A stretch of 64,000 bases of DNA from positions 384,001 to 448,000 of the forward strand of contig CAVOJR010000001.1 of assembly GCA_963696295.1 (NCBI GenBank), read 5' to 3'. The position numbers and the translations under genes are program-made. This DNA comes from an uncultured Chlamydiae bacterium (GTDB lineage Bacteria > Chlamydiota > Chlamydiia > Chlamydiales > JAJFMB01). Under the pieces are notes generated by a model. The model was not told where the DNA came from and did not search any database. It saw nothing but the letters and a program-made list of their open reading frames with translations. Positions within the stretch are counted from its first letter, which is position 1; each line of letters starts with the position of its first letter. This document shows, piece after piece, positions 19,744 through 29,805 of this stretch.

Positions 19744-20844
19744 TTAATGGCGGCAGAGATCTTCCTGCATCCATTGTAACGCTTTTCTTAAATCCGGTTC
19801 CGCGACTTCAGCACAGTAGTGCTCCCCGCAGCTCAAAGAAGAGCCGATCCCGTCGATCATCACAAAACGGGGCTTGCCCTGGCGGGCTTTCTTATCCAAC
19901 GCCATCGCCTCCAAAATAGATTCCACAGGCAACCGGCAAGGCAAGCGCAAAGGAAGCCCGTACTGACTGAGAATCTGTCTGATTTTGTCGCTCAAGGAAA
20001 GGCCGCCAGGCGAAAGGCGGCTTTCGACAAGAAGCCCGATCGCCACGGCTTCCCCATGGGAGAGGGCGTAATGGGTCAGCCGCTCCAAGGCGTGTCCGAT
20101 CGTATGGCCAAAATTCAATAGATGCCGCCTCCCTTTCTCCTTTTCATCTTGCTCCACGATCTCTTTTTTGATGCGGCAGCTCTCAAAAATCGCCTTTTCC
20201 AGAGTCGGGGGATCTAAGCTCAAAATCTGATGGGCATGAGTGTCAAGATACTCAAAAAAAGCGCGGTCTGCGATCAAACCGTGTTTTATCATCTCGACTA
20301 CTCCGTTGGAGAGCTCGTTTGCAGGCAAGCTTTTAAGGGTGGAGGGATCGATTACCACTTTCTTGGGCTGATAAATACATCCCAGCAAATTTTTTCCATA
20401 GGGAACATTGACCCCTGTTTTCCCCCCGATACTGGCATCCACCATCCCAAGGAGGGAGGTGGGGACCTGGACATAGGGAACGCCGCGGCAAAAGGTGGCG
20501 GCGAGATACCCGGCCACATCGGTTGCCACGCCGCCCCCAAGGGCGATCACACAGGTGTCGCGGCCAAGCCCCTTTTCAAACAGCCGATTTTCCAATTGCT
20601 CCTTGGTCTCCCGCGTTTTGTTCTGCTCCCCATGAGGAAAGGGGAAGAGATAGGCTTCCAAACCCAAAGAGGCAAAGGCCTCGCGGAGCGCTTCTCCATA
20701 CAAGGCCGCCACAATGTCATCGGAGATGATGGCTACCCGCTCCTTCAATATAGCGAGGCTCTGAGGGAGCTGCTGCAGCGCTCCGCTGCGGATTTCAATT
20801 TCATAAGATTCGGATTCATGTGGGATGTTACAAATCAATTTCAT
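19744..20844 (-). CDS. aroB: 3-dehydroquinate synthase
   Basis: GEQNK, ALGGGVATD, PTSLLGMVDASIGGKTGVN, LNFGHTIGHA, HGEAVA. Confidence 0.96.
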   Translation of the reverse strand: MKLICNIPHESESYEIEIRSGALQQLPQSLAILKERVAIISDDIVAALYGEALREAFASLGLEAYLFPFPHGEQNKTRETKEQLENRLFEKGLGRDTCVIALGGGVATDVAGYLAATFCRGVPYVQVPTSLLGMVDASIGGKTGVNVPYGKNLLGCIYQPKKVVIDPSTLKSLPANELSNGVVEMIKHGLIADRAFFEYLDTHAHQILSLDPPTLEKAIFESCRIKKEIVEQDEKEKGRRHLLNFGHTIGHALERLTHYALSHGEAVAIGLLVESRLSPGGLSLSDKIRQILSQYGLPLRLPCRLPVESILEAMALDKKARQGKPRFVMIDGIGSSLSCGEHYCAEVAEPDLRKALQWMQEDLCRH

Positions 20845-21932
20845 AGTTTCGCGCACCTGTTTAAGAGGAGGGCATCCGCAATCACTAAAGCGGCCATCGC
20901 TTCCACAATCGGGACAGCGCGTATCGCCACACAAGGATCGTGCCGCGACCCTATTGTGAGTTGAAACGACGCCTCTTCTTTGGACGTGGAAAGAGTCTGC
21001 TGCGGTTTCATGATACTCGAGGTGGGTTTGAAGGCTACCCTGCCGACGAGGGGCATCCCCGTGGATATCCCCCCTAAAGTCCCTCCCGCGTAATTGGTTG
21101 CGGTCTTCACTTCGCCCCCCACCTGTATGAAAGGATCGTTGTGTTCCGATCCCGGCATGGCGACCGACCTGAATCCCGAGCCGATTTCAAACCCCTTGGT
21201 GGCAGGCAGGCTCATCATGGCGTGCGCCAGATTAGCCTCCAATTTTTCATAAACCGGATCGCCAAGACCGGGCGGAAGCGAGAGAGCCATAAACTCGATC
21301 AGGCCCCCCAGAGAATCCCCTTCCGCTTTTGCCCGCTCTATCAGAGCCGCCATCTCAGACGCGGCCCTGGCATCGGGACAAAATAGGGGGCTTTGGTATG
21401 TTAAGGTGCGGATTAACTCGATATTGTCCCCTTCGACGATAGCCTCGACAGGGCCGATCTGCCTGATATAGGCCGTGAGCTTTATGCCATAGTGATCGAG
21501 CAGCTTCCTAGCCACAGCCCCGGCGGCCACGCGGCAGGCCGTTTCTCTCGCGGAGGAGCGGCCTCCCCCCCTGTAATCAAAAATCCCATATTTTTCCAGA
21601 TAGGTATAATTAGCATGCCCGGGCCGCAGCAAATCTTTGATCGGCTCATATTTGCTGGAATCGGCGTCTTGATTAGGAATAAGGATGCAGATCGGCGCGC
21701 CGGTCGTTTTCCCTTCAAAGACGCCCGAGAGAATTTCCGCTTTGTCCCCTTCTGTCCTCGGGGTGGTATAGGGGCTTTTTCCGGGGGCCCGCAATGCCAG
21801 AGCCGCATTGATTTCGCTCTCCTCAATGGCCAGGCCGGCCGGGCATCCGTCGATCACAACGCCTATCGCCTTGCCATGGGATTCTCCCCAGGTGGTAATC
21901 TTAAAAATATTCCCAAATGTATTACTTCCCAT
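20841..21932 (-). CDS. aroC: Chorismate synthase
   Basis: GESHG, RPGHA, GGGRSSARET, KPTSS, RHDPC. Confidence 0.97.
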   Translation of the reverse strand: MGSNTFGNIFKITTWGESHGKAIGVVIDGCPAGLAIEESEINAALALRAPGKSPYTTPRTEGDKAEILSGVFEGKTTGAPICILIPNQDADSSKYEPIKDLLRPGHANYTYLEKYGIFDYRGGGRSSARETACRVAAGAVARKLLDHYGIKLTAYIRQIGPVEAIVEGDNIELIRTLTYQSPLFCPDARAASEMAALIERAKAEGDSLGGLIEFMALSLPPGLGDPVYEKLEANLAHAMMSLPATKGFEIGSGFRSVAMPGSEHNDPFIQVGGEVKTATNYAGGTLGGISTGMPLVGRVAFKPTSSIMKPQQTLSTSKEEASFQLTIGSRHDPCVAIRAVPIVEAMAALVIADALLLNRCAKL

Positions 21933-22425
21933 AAGACAATTCCTTTAGGATGGCGGCCACAACTTCACTTTCGCTTAAGCAGCCTGTGTCAATAATCGCA
22001 TGCGCGGCTTTCTCATAAAGCGGTAAGCGCCTTTTTGCGAGTTCGGCAAATGATTTTTCCGGATCCCGGCGATCCAGATAGGCCGGGATCTCCTGCATTC
22101 TTTCAAGGAGCCTGTTTAGCGGAGCTTGAAGGTAAACCAATTTCCCGTTTGCCTGGAGGTTTCTCACATTGTCAGGATCATTCAGGCTTCCTCCCCCTAC
22201 TGCGATCACACTCTTTGAAACCCCTTGCAAAGAGGCGATTTGCTCTTTTTCCAGTTCCCGGAACGCCTTTTCCCCCTCTGCGAGAAATATGGCGCGGCAA
22301 GGGCTTCCCCTGACTTGCTCGATCAGCCGGTCGGTGTCGATAAAATTCCAGCCAAGCTTCTCTGCCACCCTTTTTCCGATCGTCGTTTTTCCGCTCATCG
22401 GCAGTCCGCACAAAATAATGTTCAT
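21922..22425 (-). CDS. aroK: Shikimate kinase
   Basis: GLPMSGKTT, DTD, GEKAFRELE, GGG, RLPLY. Confidence 0.95.
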   Translation of the reverse strand: MNIILCGLPMSGKTTIGKRVAEKLGWNFIDTDRLIEQVRGSPCRAIFLAEGEKAFRELEKEQIASLQGVSKSVIAVGGGSLNDPDNVRNLQANGKLVYLQAPLNRLLERMQEIPAYLDRRDPEKSFAELAKRRLPLYEKAAHAIIDTGCLSESEVVAAILKELSYGK

Positions 22426-23717
22426 AAAAGCTCCTCAATGTCAGCGCCCAGGGCATTGAAATCGCGCTTGAAGGTCGGGAACGTTTTGGAAACGCATTCC
22501 ACAGAATCCACTATCGTTTCCCCCTCGGCGCCCAAGGCGGCCACAGCGAGCGACATCGCCATCCGGTGGTCGTGGTGCGAGTGCACATGCGCTCCCTTGA
22601 GCGAGGATTTCCTGATGCATAAACCCTCTTCTGTTTCGGTGATGTCCGCCCCCATTTTCCTCAATTCTTCGGCAATGCAGCGGATCCGGTTGCACTCTTT
22701 TTGCTTCGCGACGGCGGCATTGACGATGCGCGTCTCCCCTTCGGCATAGCACGACACCACGGCTAAAATAGTGATGGCATCGATGAAGGCGTTGATATCC
22801 ACCTCAAGGCCTCTTAGAGGGCCCCCTTTTTTGACATGCACCGTTTTGTTTTCCTCGTCGATTTCGATCGCGCCCCCCATCTTCTGAAATACCCTCAGAA
22901 GCTCTTTATCTCCTTGAGAATCGTTCATATCGATATTGTGCACAGTCAATTCCGATTGGGTGATTAAGGCCGCCGCAATCGGAAAGGCAGCGGAACTGAA
23001 ATCGCCTGGAACCGTGTATTCAAAACCCTCGATCCTGCTATTTCCCAAAAGGCGGTACCGCTCAAATGCCCGATTTTCATAAGGGATGCTAAGCTTGTCA
23101 AACCAATCCAATGTCAGCGAAATCCACGGTTTTTCCCCGGGATTTTGAACCTCAAGCTCTACGGGGCCTTCGGCGAAAGCGGAAGCGATCAGCAGCGCAG
23201 ACACCGGCTGTGAATCTTCCCCGTTGAGCAAGGCTCTTCCCGGCTTGATTGGGCCTTGAATGATCACCGGCGCATAGCCGTCCCCCCGCATGGAGGCGGT
23301 TGATACGCCGAGCTGAGCGAGGCCGCCTAGCAGCGGTTTCATCGGCCGCTGATGGCGAATAGAATAATCTCCTGTGATGACGACCGGTTTTTTGGCGAGC
23401 GCGCCGATGGCGGTACAAAACCGCAGCACAATGCCTGAGTTGCCGGCGTTGATCACATCTTCCGTATGATCGACTTTGCCGCTGATCCCTTCAATATCGA
23501 TGTGATGAGGGGAAACATCCAAAGCGGCCCCGAAAAGGCGGCAAGCCTCGATCATGGCGTGCGTATCCGAAGAGGGGAGATAGCGGTTAATCCGGCTCTT
23601 TCCCCTTCCCAGCGCTCCGAAAAGGAGGGCTCTTAGCGTATGGGATTTGGAGGCAGGGACCGAAATCCCTCCCTTCACTGTCCCTTGTTTTATTCTGTAT
23701 CTCATTTTTGACATCAT
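22422..23717 (-). CDS. aroA: EPSP synthase
   Basis: SKSHTLR, GNSG, RPM, DSQ, GDFSSA, KECNR, DHRMAM. Confidence 0.96.
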   Translation of the reverse strand: MMSKMRYRIKQGTVKGGISVPASKSHTLRALLFGALGRGKSRINRYLPSSDTHAMIEACRLFGAALDVSPHHIDIEGISGKVDHTEDVINAGNSGIVLRFCTAIGALAKKPVVITGDYSIRHQRPMKPLLGGLAQLGVSTASMRGDGYAPVIIQGPIKPGRALLNGEDSQPVSALLIASAFAEGPVELEVQNPGEKPWISLTLDWFDKLSIPYENRAFERYRLLGNSRIEGFEYTVPGDFSSAAFPIAAALITQSELTVHNIDMNDSQGDKELLRVFQKMGGAIEIDEENKTVHVKKGGPLRGLEVDINAFIDAITILAVVSCYAEGETRIVNAAVAKQKECNRIRCIAEELRKMGADITETEEGLCIRKSSLKGAHVHSHHDHRMAMSLAVAALGAEGETIVDSVECVSKTFPTFKRDFNALGADIEELL

Positions 23718-24727
23718 ATCATCCCTGCCTTTAAATAATCCAGCCATCGCTCCAAGTAATAGCGGATGAGAGGCTGGTTTTCTATTTCCCCATTGTCGCG
23801 AGCCAGGCGGGTAAAGGATTGAAACCCGGGTCCGGCTATCCTCAAGCTCTCCTTGTCGTGGGCGCTCACAAAATCGAAATACGATTTCGATAATACAGCG
23901 GGAAGGTGGGAAACCAAAGCCGCCTGATGGTCATGGACGGCAGCCTCTAAAAAGACGGGTTTGCCCCCCAAGTACTTGATCCACTCGATGATGCTGTCAA
24001 TACCATTTCCCTGGTGAGGCACAACCACCCATGGCCTGTTAACAAACAAAGTCGCCTGGCTATTGGCAAATCCCCCGTTCTCCTTGCCGGCCATCGGGTG
24101 GGTGCTGATATATTCCAAGCCCTCCCCCGACAGCTTTTCAAAAGTTGCCGCGATGGCCGTTTTCACACCGGCAATATCGATCACGATCAATTTTTTCTGG
24201 CAGTGCCGCTTAATCTCCTCTGCCAAAGGGATTATCGTTGAGAGAGGGGAAGCTAAAACAATCAGCTCCGCGTTCTGAACCAGCTCTTGCATCCCGGAAT
24301 ACACCTTGTCAATCCATCCCCCTGCCAGCGCCTCCTCATCCACAGCGCCGCTGACCGTCCCGATCTCAATAGAGGGATCTTTCGTTTTGAGCGCTTTAGC
24401 GAGCGACCCCCCCATCAGCCCCACCCCCACGATGCCGATGCGGCGGAACGGTTGAGAAAGGTGTTGAAAAAAATGTTGCGCCACCTTCGATTCCTGCATG
24501 ATTTCCCTATAGATATGTCCGATATTCTCTTTTAAAACCGGATGCCGGACGACCCTCTCCACCTGATCCAGAACTTTCTCTTCCCGGGAAAAATCGGTCA
24601 CATCCTGGTGCCGCTCGGCCTTGATTTTTCCCGCCTGATCGGCCGCGCTCATCCTTTCATTGAGCAATGAGGCAATTTGAGCATCCAGCCAATCGATCCT
24701 TTCCCGCAATTTCTCTAATTTGTCCAT
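23714..24727 (-). CDS. tyrA: Chorismate mutase / prephenate dehydrogenase fusion
   Basis: N-terminal LRERIDWLD...RE (AroQ); GVGLMGGS, DIAGVK, HPMAG, HD...SHLP. Confidence 0.9.
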   Translation of the reverse strand: MDKLEKLRERIDWLDAQIASLLNERMSAADQAGKIKAERHQDVTDFSREEKVLDQVERVVRHPVLKENIGHIYREIMQESKVAQHFFQHLSQPFRRIGIVGVGLMGGSLAKALKTKDPSIEIGTVSGAVDEEALAGGWIDKVYSGMQELVQNAELIVLASPLSTIIPLAEEIKRHCQKKLIVIDIAGVKTAIAATFEKLSGEGLEYISTHPMAGKENGGFANSQATLFVNRPWVVVPHQGNGIDSIIEWIKYLGGKPVFLEAAVHDHQAALVSHLPAVLSKSYFDFVSAHDKESLRIAGPGFQSFTRLARDNGEIENQPLIRYYLERWLDYLKAGMI

Positions 24728-25524
24728 CCCAATCCTCTTTGATATAAACCCAATAATTTGTGTTTTTTAAGTTTCTCCAAAACCTTTTCAATCTCTATTC
24801 CCCTAAATTCGAAGTCGAGATAGAACAGATACTCAAAAGGGGAGCCCTTTAAAGGGCGGGACTCCAGCCTGGTTAAATTAATCCCAGCCTCGGCGAAAGG
24901 ATTCAGTATTTCAGCAAGAGCTCCCGGAACATGGTTCAGCTGCAACAGCAGCGAGCACTTATCGGCAAGTTCCCCAGGCTCTGCTTTTTTTGCGAGCGTC
25001 ACAAAGCGGGTATAATTCCTCGGATCGTCTTCAATCCCCTTTTCAATCATTTCCAACCCATACAGCCTTTGCGCGCTTGCGCTGGCAATGGCTGCGAGGG
25101 AGGGATCTCCTAAAGAGGCGATCTCTTGCGCTGCGGCGGCCGTATCGATAAAGACGACCGCTTCCATCCAGGGATGCCGCTCAAAAAAGTTCCGGCATTG
25201 ATCCAGCGCTTTTGGGTGGGACAGCACCTTTTTTATCCCCTTTAAATCCTTTTGCACCCCAAGCAGGCACTGTTCGATTTTAGTGTAATGCTCTCCAATA
25301 ATCTGCATGTCAAAGGCGTTCAGAAGATCGTAGTTCTCGCAGATGGAGCCGATCAGACTGTTTTCGATGGGGATCACCGCATAATCAGCCGCCCCCGTCT
25401 CAATATGCTCAAAAACGGCTTTAAAGGTGGGCAACCCTAAGTAATTGTGCCCCTCGCCAAACGCTTTTAAAGCCGTCATATGGCTGAAGGCTCCCTCAAC
25501 TCCCTGATAAGCAATCGTTTTCAT
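24715..25524 (-). CDS. pheA: Prephenate dehydratase with ACT domain
   Basis: YQGVEGAFS, PIENS, SHPKALDQC, NYTRF, NLTRLESRP. Confidence 0.95.
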   Translation of the reverse strand: MKTIAYQGVEGAFSHMTALKAFGEGHNYLGLPTFKAVFEHIETGAADYAVIPIENSLIGSICENYDLLNAFDMQIIGEHYTKIEQCLLGVQKDLKGIKKVLSHPKALDQCRNFFERHPWMEAVVFIDTAAAAQEIASLGDPSLAAIASASAQRLYGLEMIEKGIEDDPRNYTRFVTLAKKAEPGELADKCSLLLQLNHVPGALAEILNPFAEAGINLTRLESRPLKGSPFEYLFYLDFEFRGIEIEKVLEKLKKHKLLGLYQRGLGWTN

Positions 25525-26288
25525 GCCGCCTCTAGCTTTTTTAACAAATCTTGCAACTGAGGCGGAGAAAGCTGCTGCTTCGCATCGGTTATCGCATTTC
25601 CGGGATCGGAGTGCATTTCGATGAGATACCCATCAAAATCATACGCCAGGGCGCTTTGACAAATCGCGAGGACATTCTCTTGAGTGCCTCCGATATGGGA
25701 GGGATCGAGAATCATTGGGAGACCTGTCTTTGCCTTGACCCGCATGGCCATCTCAAAATCGGGCAGGTTGCGGTAACCGTTCAGATTTGGCGCCTTGCCC
25801 GGAGAAAATCCCCGATGGCAGATCATCAGCCGTTCCCGGGGAAACCCCTCGGAGAGAATATGTTCGTGGATCCCCAGCCAATGCTTTTCATCCTCCCACA
25901 TCTGGTTCTTGAACATCAAGGTGATCCCCTCAGGCCCGGTGGAAAGTATTTTAGAGATCTTCTGCTGCTCCATGTGATTTTGATTGCGGGATCCGAGCCA
26001 CACGACCATCCGCGCCTCAGGCCCATAGTGCTCCATCGCGTGCACCACCATCAGGGCGTGTTCCGCCGTCATGATTTCCGTGGCCGGCACTAACCCGTAA
26101 GGGATCGTTTCCTCAAGCAGAAGGGGAAGGCCCATCCTTCCGAACCCCTCCCACCCGGGCTGTGTGCGGGGCTTCCACAAAGAAGCGCGCACCATCGCGA
26201 CCCCCATCCGCCTCAAGACCTGCACACACTCCTTCAGCTGCTGCGGGGACTCCAAGGCGCACGGTCCTGCTATGACCATTTTATTCAT
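25521..26288 (-). CDS. DAHP synthase (class I-beta, catalytic barrel only)
   Basis: IAGPC, WKPRT, CHRG, DPSH, IEMH...D..QQL; first gene of the aro operon. Confidence 0.85.
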   Translation of the reverse strand: MNKMVIAGPCALESPQQLKECVQVLRRMGVAMVRASLWKPRTQPGWEGFGRMGLPLLLEETIPYGLVPATEIMTAEHALMVVHAMEHYGPEARMVVWLGSRNQNHMEQQKISKILSTGPEGITLMFKNQMWEDEKHWLGIHEHILSEGFPRERLMICHRGFSPGKAPNLNGYRNLPDFEMAMRVKAKTGLPMILDPSHIGGTQENVLAICQSALAYDFDGYLIEMHSDPGNAITDAKQQLSPPQLQDLLKKLEAA

Positions 26289-26314
26289 ATAAATTCTCCT
26301 GTTTATTTTTGGGC

Positions 26315-26343
26315 AAAAAAAAACCCCGCTTTTGGCGGGGTCT
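26315..26343 (-). terminator. Attenuator terminator upstream of the DAHP synthase gene
   Basis: Minus strand ACCCCGC-CAAAA-GCGGGG followed by U9. Confidence 0.9.
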
Positions 26344-26371
26344 GTTTTTAGCTTGTCTTTTTTTACAAGCG

Positions 26372-26440
26372 TCAGTCAGCCTCCCGCCTCATGGGTTTAG
26401 TAAAAAAGAAAAAAAAGGCGGTAAAAGACAAACGGTTCAT
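26372..26440 (-). CDS. Phe-rich leader peptide (PheL-like), MNRLSFTAFFFFFTKPMRREAD
   Basis: 22 codons, 6 Phe (5 consecutive), AAGGA RBS, located between promoter and terminator. Confidence 0.88.
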   Translation of the reverse strand: MNRLSFTAFFFFFTKPMRREAD

Positions 26441-26464
26441 GTAAAATTCCTTCATTTAACTATA

Positions 26465-26493
26465 ATTCTATATTATAATAAATTAATTGTCAA
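26465..26493 (-). promoter_or_regulatory. Promoter of the aro/phe/tyr operon
   Basis: TTGACA-N17-TAGAAT. Confidence 0.8.
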
Positions 26494-26609
26494 TATAATA
26501 TTACATTAGTTGAAATAAAATAAAACAAAAGCGCGGATGCTTTTGACCAAAAGTTACTCAATTGATAAGACTCTTTCCGATGAATTTATCTTTCTGCTAA
26601 ATTGCAAGC

Positions 26610-28346
26610 GTGAATTCTCGGACTCAAAAATTTTTGTCGTATTATAAACCCCATTTGGGATTGTTTTGCGCTGACATGGCCTGCGCCATTATCGTTTCGG
26701 CAATTACTTTGGCTCTTCCCCTAATCGTCAGATACATCACCAAAAATTTGCTGGAACCCGACACGCCCGATGCCCTCAGTCAAATCTATGCGATGGGCGC
26801 CCTCATGCTTTTGCTGGTGGCCATTCATACGGCATGCCACGCCTTCATCGACTATAAAGGGCATGTGATGGGCGCGCTGATGGAAGGGGACATGCGCAAT
26901 GATTTGTTTGAACATTACCAAAAGCTCTCGTTCAATTTTTATGATGAGCAAAGAACGGGACAGCTGATGACCCGGATCTCAAACGATTCGTTCGACCTTT
27001 CCGAATTATACCATCACGGCCCTGAGGATATCGTCATTTCCCTGCTGAATTTTATCGGCGCGTGCATCATCTTATTCTACATCAATGTCAAGCTGACCCT
27101 TATCGTCCTGCTCTTTGTGCCCGTCATGGGTGCGTATGGCTATTATTTCAGCCGTAAAATGAGAATCGCTTTGAGAAAAAGCAAGGACCGCATCGGCGAT
27201 ATCAACGCTCAGGTGGAAGATACCCTTGCGGGCATTAGAGTGGTCAAGTCATTTACAAACGAAGAAATTGAAAAGCAAAAGTTCGCCGAAGAAAACCGCC
27301 GTTTTGTCGAAAGCCGCAAAGAAGGATATAAAAGCGAGGCCTATTTTTATGACGGATTGATCCTGTTCACGCAGCTCATGACCATTGCCGTTGTCATTTT
27401 TGGAGGAGCCGGCATTGTTAAAAAGTCGATCGATTTAGCCGATTTACTGACATTCTTGCTTTATATCGGCATTCTCATTGAACCCATACAGAGGCTCGGC
27501 AATTTTACGAGGCTATACCAGGAAGGGTTTACCGGTTTTGAAAGATTTATGGAAGTCTTGGAGGTAGCGCCCGATATCAAAGACGCGCCTGATGCCATGG
27601 AGCTTACAGACGTAAAAGGGAATATAGAATTTAAAAATGTGAGCTTCAAGTATAAAGAAGGTTATGACCATATCCTGAAGCATATTAATCTGCAAATAAA
27701 AGCCGGAGATTATCTGGCCTTGGTCGGGCCCTCGGGCGCCGGGAAAACAACTCTTTGCTCCTTGATTCCCCGGTTTTATGAAGTCAGCAAAGGGGAAATC
27801 CTGCTTGACGGCAAAAATATCAACAGCCTTACCATGCGCTCGTTAAGAAGAAATATTGGCATCGTCCAGCAAGATGTCTATCTCTTTGCCGGAACGGTTT
27901 CCGACAATATACGCTACGGCAAACTCAATGCGGGCGAGGAGGAAATCATAAGGGCCGCCAAAAAGGCCAATGCCCATGATTTTATCATGGCGCTGCCGAA
28001 GGGATATGCCACAGATATCGGGGAGCGGGGCGTAAAATTATCGGGAGGGCAAAAGCAGAGACTGAGCATCGCGCGCGTTTTCCTGAAAGACCCCCCCATT
28101 ATCATTTTTGATGAAGCTACGAGCTCTCTGGACAATGAAAGCGAAAAAGCCGTGCGGGATTCTCTGGAGACATTGACGCATAACCGCACCACCATCGTCA
28201 TCGCCCATCGTTTGTCAACCGTCCGAAACGCCAGGAAAATTCTGGTATTAACCGACAATGGAATAGAGGAGCAAGGCACCCACGAGGAGTTGATTGCCTT
28301 GAATGGCACTTATGCGAGTTTATACAAACTGCAGCTAAGGATTTAA
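26610..28346 (+). CDS. ABC exporter, fused permease and ATPase
   Basis: N-terminal TM domain; GPSGAGKTT, LSGGQKQR, FDEATS, IAHRL. Confidence 0.95.
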   Translation: MNSRTQKFLSYYKPHLGLFCADMACAIIVSAITLALPLIVRYITKNLLEPDTPDALSQIYAMGALMLLLVAIHTACHAFIDYKGHVMGALMEGDMRNDLFEHYQKLSFNFYDEQRTGQLMTRISNDSFDLSELYHHGPEDIVISLLNFIGACIILFYINVKLTLIVLLFVPVMGAYGYYFSRKMRIALRKSKDRIGDINAQVEDTLAGIRVVKSFTNEEIEKQKFAEENRRFVESRKEGYKSEAYFYDGLILFTQLMTIAVVIFGGAGIVKKSIDLADLLTFLLYIGILIEPIQRLGNFTRLYQEGFTGFERFMEVLEVAPDIKDAPDAMELTDVKGNIEFKNVSFKYKEGYDHILKHINLQIKAGDYLALVGPSGAGKTTLCSLIPRFYEVSKGEILLDGKNINSLTMRSLRRNIGIVQQDVYLFAGTVSDNIRYGKLNAGEEEIIRAAKKANAHDFIMALPKGYATDIGERGVKLSGGQKQRLSIARVFLKDPPIIIFDEATSSLDNESEKAVRDSLETLTHNRTTIVIAHRLSTVRNARKILVLTDNGIEEQGTHEELIALNGTYASLYKLQLRI

Positions 28347-28642
28347 ATCGTCGCTTGAACAACCCTCCAGGGGGCGAATGCCTGGTCCAGAAGATATCCC
28401 TAACATTCATTCAATAATGGCGGCAAGGCCCGGGGGGGCTGTTTTAGAGCTATCAGAGGATCCCGGCTCCGGTAATACAGCTCAATTCTAAGGAATAATA
28501 ATCATTCTCTGAGACCGGTTCCATAACGCCAAGGAAAAGCCCGCAAAAAAGAAGGCAGACGGCTCTTGAGGCATGCTTAGAGAGCGTCATCCAGCAATTC
28601 GGCAATACCCTTAATTTTCATCCCCATTTCCACTTGACTCGT

Positions 28643-28734
28643 GATCCACCCCACTGGATTGATTAGACTTTAAGAGAAAACGACCTCTGCCGGCAGTGGG
28701 AATAGATCACTCTACAAATAATTGCTTTTCCCCA
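28643..28734 (+). repeat. Direct repeat A, copy 1
   Basis: Matches 29806-29901 with 2 substitutions and a 4-nt indel. Confidence 0.95.
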
Positions 28735-28769
28735 GCAGAGTGGGTAAGGGGGCGCGCTTTATCTTGTGC

Positions 28770-29213
28770 CTCAAAGATATCGTCTGCTGGAATGAACTCC
28801 TGAAAGAAGTGAAAAACTCCGTCCTCATCCTCTTTTTGATGTTTTCGCAAAAGGCGAAGGAAAACCTGATCAAACGGTTCGACCCTGAGGTGCGGAACAG
28901 GATCTATTTCGTCGGCGCCGCCCCCAAGTGGCTCCATTTGCACAGGCTTCGCGGCATGGATCTCATCCTCGATTTCTTTTATTACGGAGCGCATACCACT
29001 GCCGGCGACGCCCTTTCGCAAGTCCCTATTGCGACCGGCCTTGGCGAGGCAATGGAGTCGAGAGTGTGCAGCAGCATGCAGCGGGCCTCAGGGCTTTGGC
29101 GGCAGGAGTATGCCGAGTTCGCCAGGCGGTGCGCGAGCGACCCCGATTTCTATAGGCAGATCAGGGAAAGCCTTAAGGGGGGTGAGGGATATAAAATCTT
29201 AATAAGAAATTAA
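28770..29213 (+). pseudogene. C-terminal remnant of an O-GlcNAc transferase / SPINDLY-like (GT41) gene
   Basis: WNELLKEVKNSVL...HLHRLRGMDLILDFFYYGAHTTAGDALSQVPI..LGEAMESRVCSS..ASGL. Confidence 0.75.
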
Positions 29214-29253
29214 TAAATAAAAGATATAATTAAAGGAAAAAAATGAGGTTTTT

Positions 29254-29613
29254 ATGTCAGCAAGTACTCATGCGGCTGTGGGACAGTGTTCCATCTGTTT
29301 ATTAGATATCGTGCCCAACGCCACCCAGGCAGGTGAAAAAAGCCGGAAGCTAAACTGCTCCCACGTGTTTCATCAGCTTTGCATCGGGGAGTGGATGAAA
29401 GTAAGCCACACGTGCCCTTTATGCCGGGCAGCCGTGGATGATGATACCCCGCTGACAAACCGCCCTAGCCATGACATGAGCTGGGAGGAGCTTATAGCAT
29501 TCACGAGCGATCGCGTTCGGGAAATCAGAGTGTTAAACCTCAATGAGAATACCCAAGTCGCGAGAACTGCGAGAAAGGTGAATTCGCTTGCGGCCTTTAT
29601 ATTCAGACAATAA
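29254..29613 (+). CDS. RING-H2 zinc finger protein, putative E3 ligase effector
   Basis: CSIC...CSHVFHQLC...W...CPLCR; GAGG RBS. Confidence 0.9.
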   Translation: MSASTHAAVGQCSICLLDIVPNATQAGEKSRKLNCSHVFHQLCIGEWMKVSHTCPLCRAAVDDDTPLTNRPSHDMSWEELIAFTSDRVREIRVLNLNENTQVARTARKVNSLAAFIFRQ

Positions 29614-29805
29614 ATTATGTGTAGAATATAAGCGGCCAAACAGGTGCTGGAGACAGAAGGGTATCCCGTTTTGAGTTTGATCTACCCTATAACTTTTCTG
29701 AAAAAGAGATCTGCCAATTAATACCCGGAACTGCATGGATTCCCCGAAGAGGCATTCTATTTTCTAGAAGAGAGAGGGCCAGACCCTCCCTTCTTAGAGA
29801 CATAC

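Noticed and set aside
26309..26509. 66-aa plus-strand ORF in the track
   Set aside because: It is the antisense shadow of the promoter, leader peptide and terminator.
28350..28640. Minus-strand coding-like fragments after the ABC exporter
   Set aside because: Interrupted by stops, with no family I could recognise.
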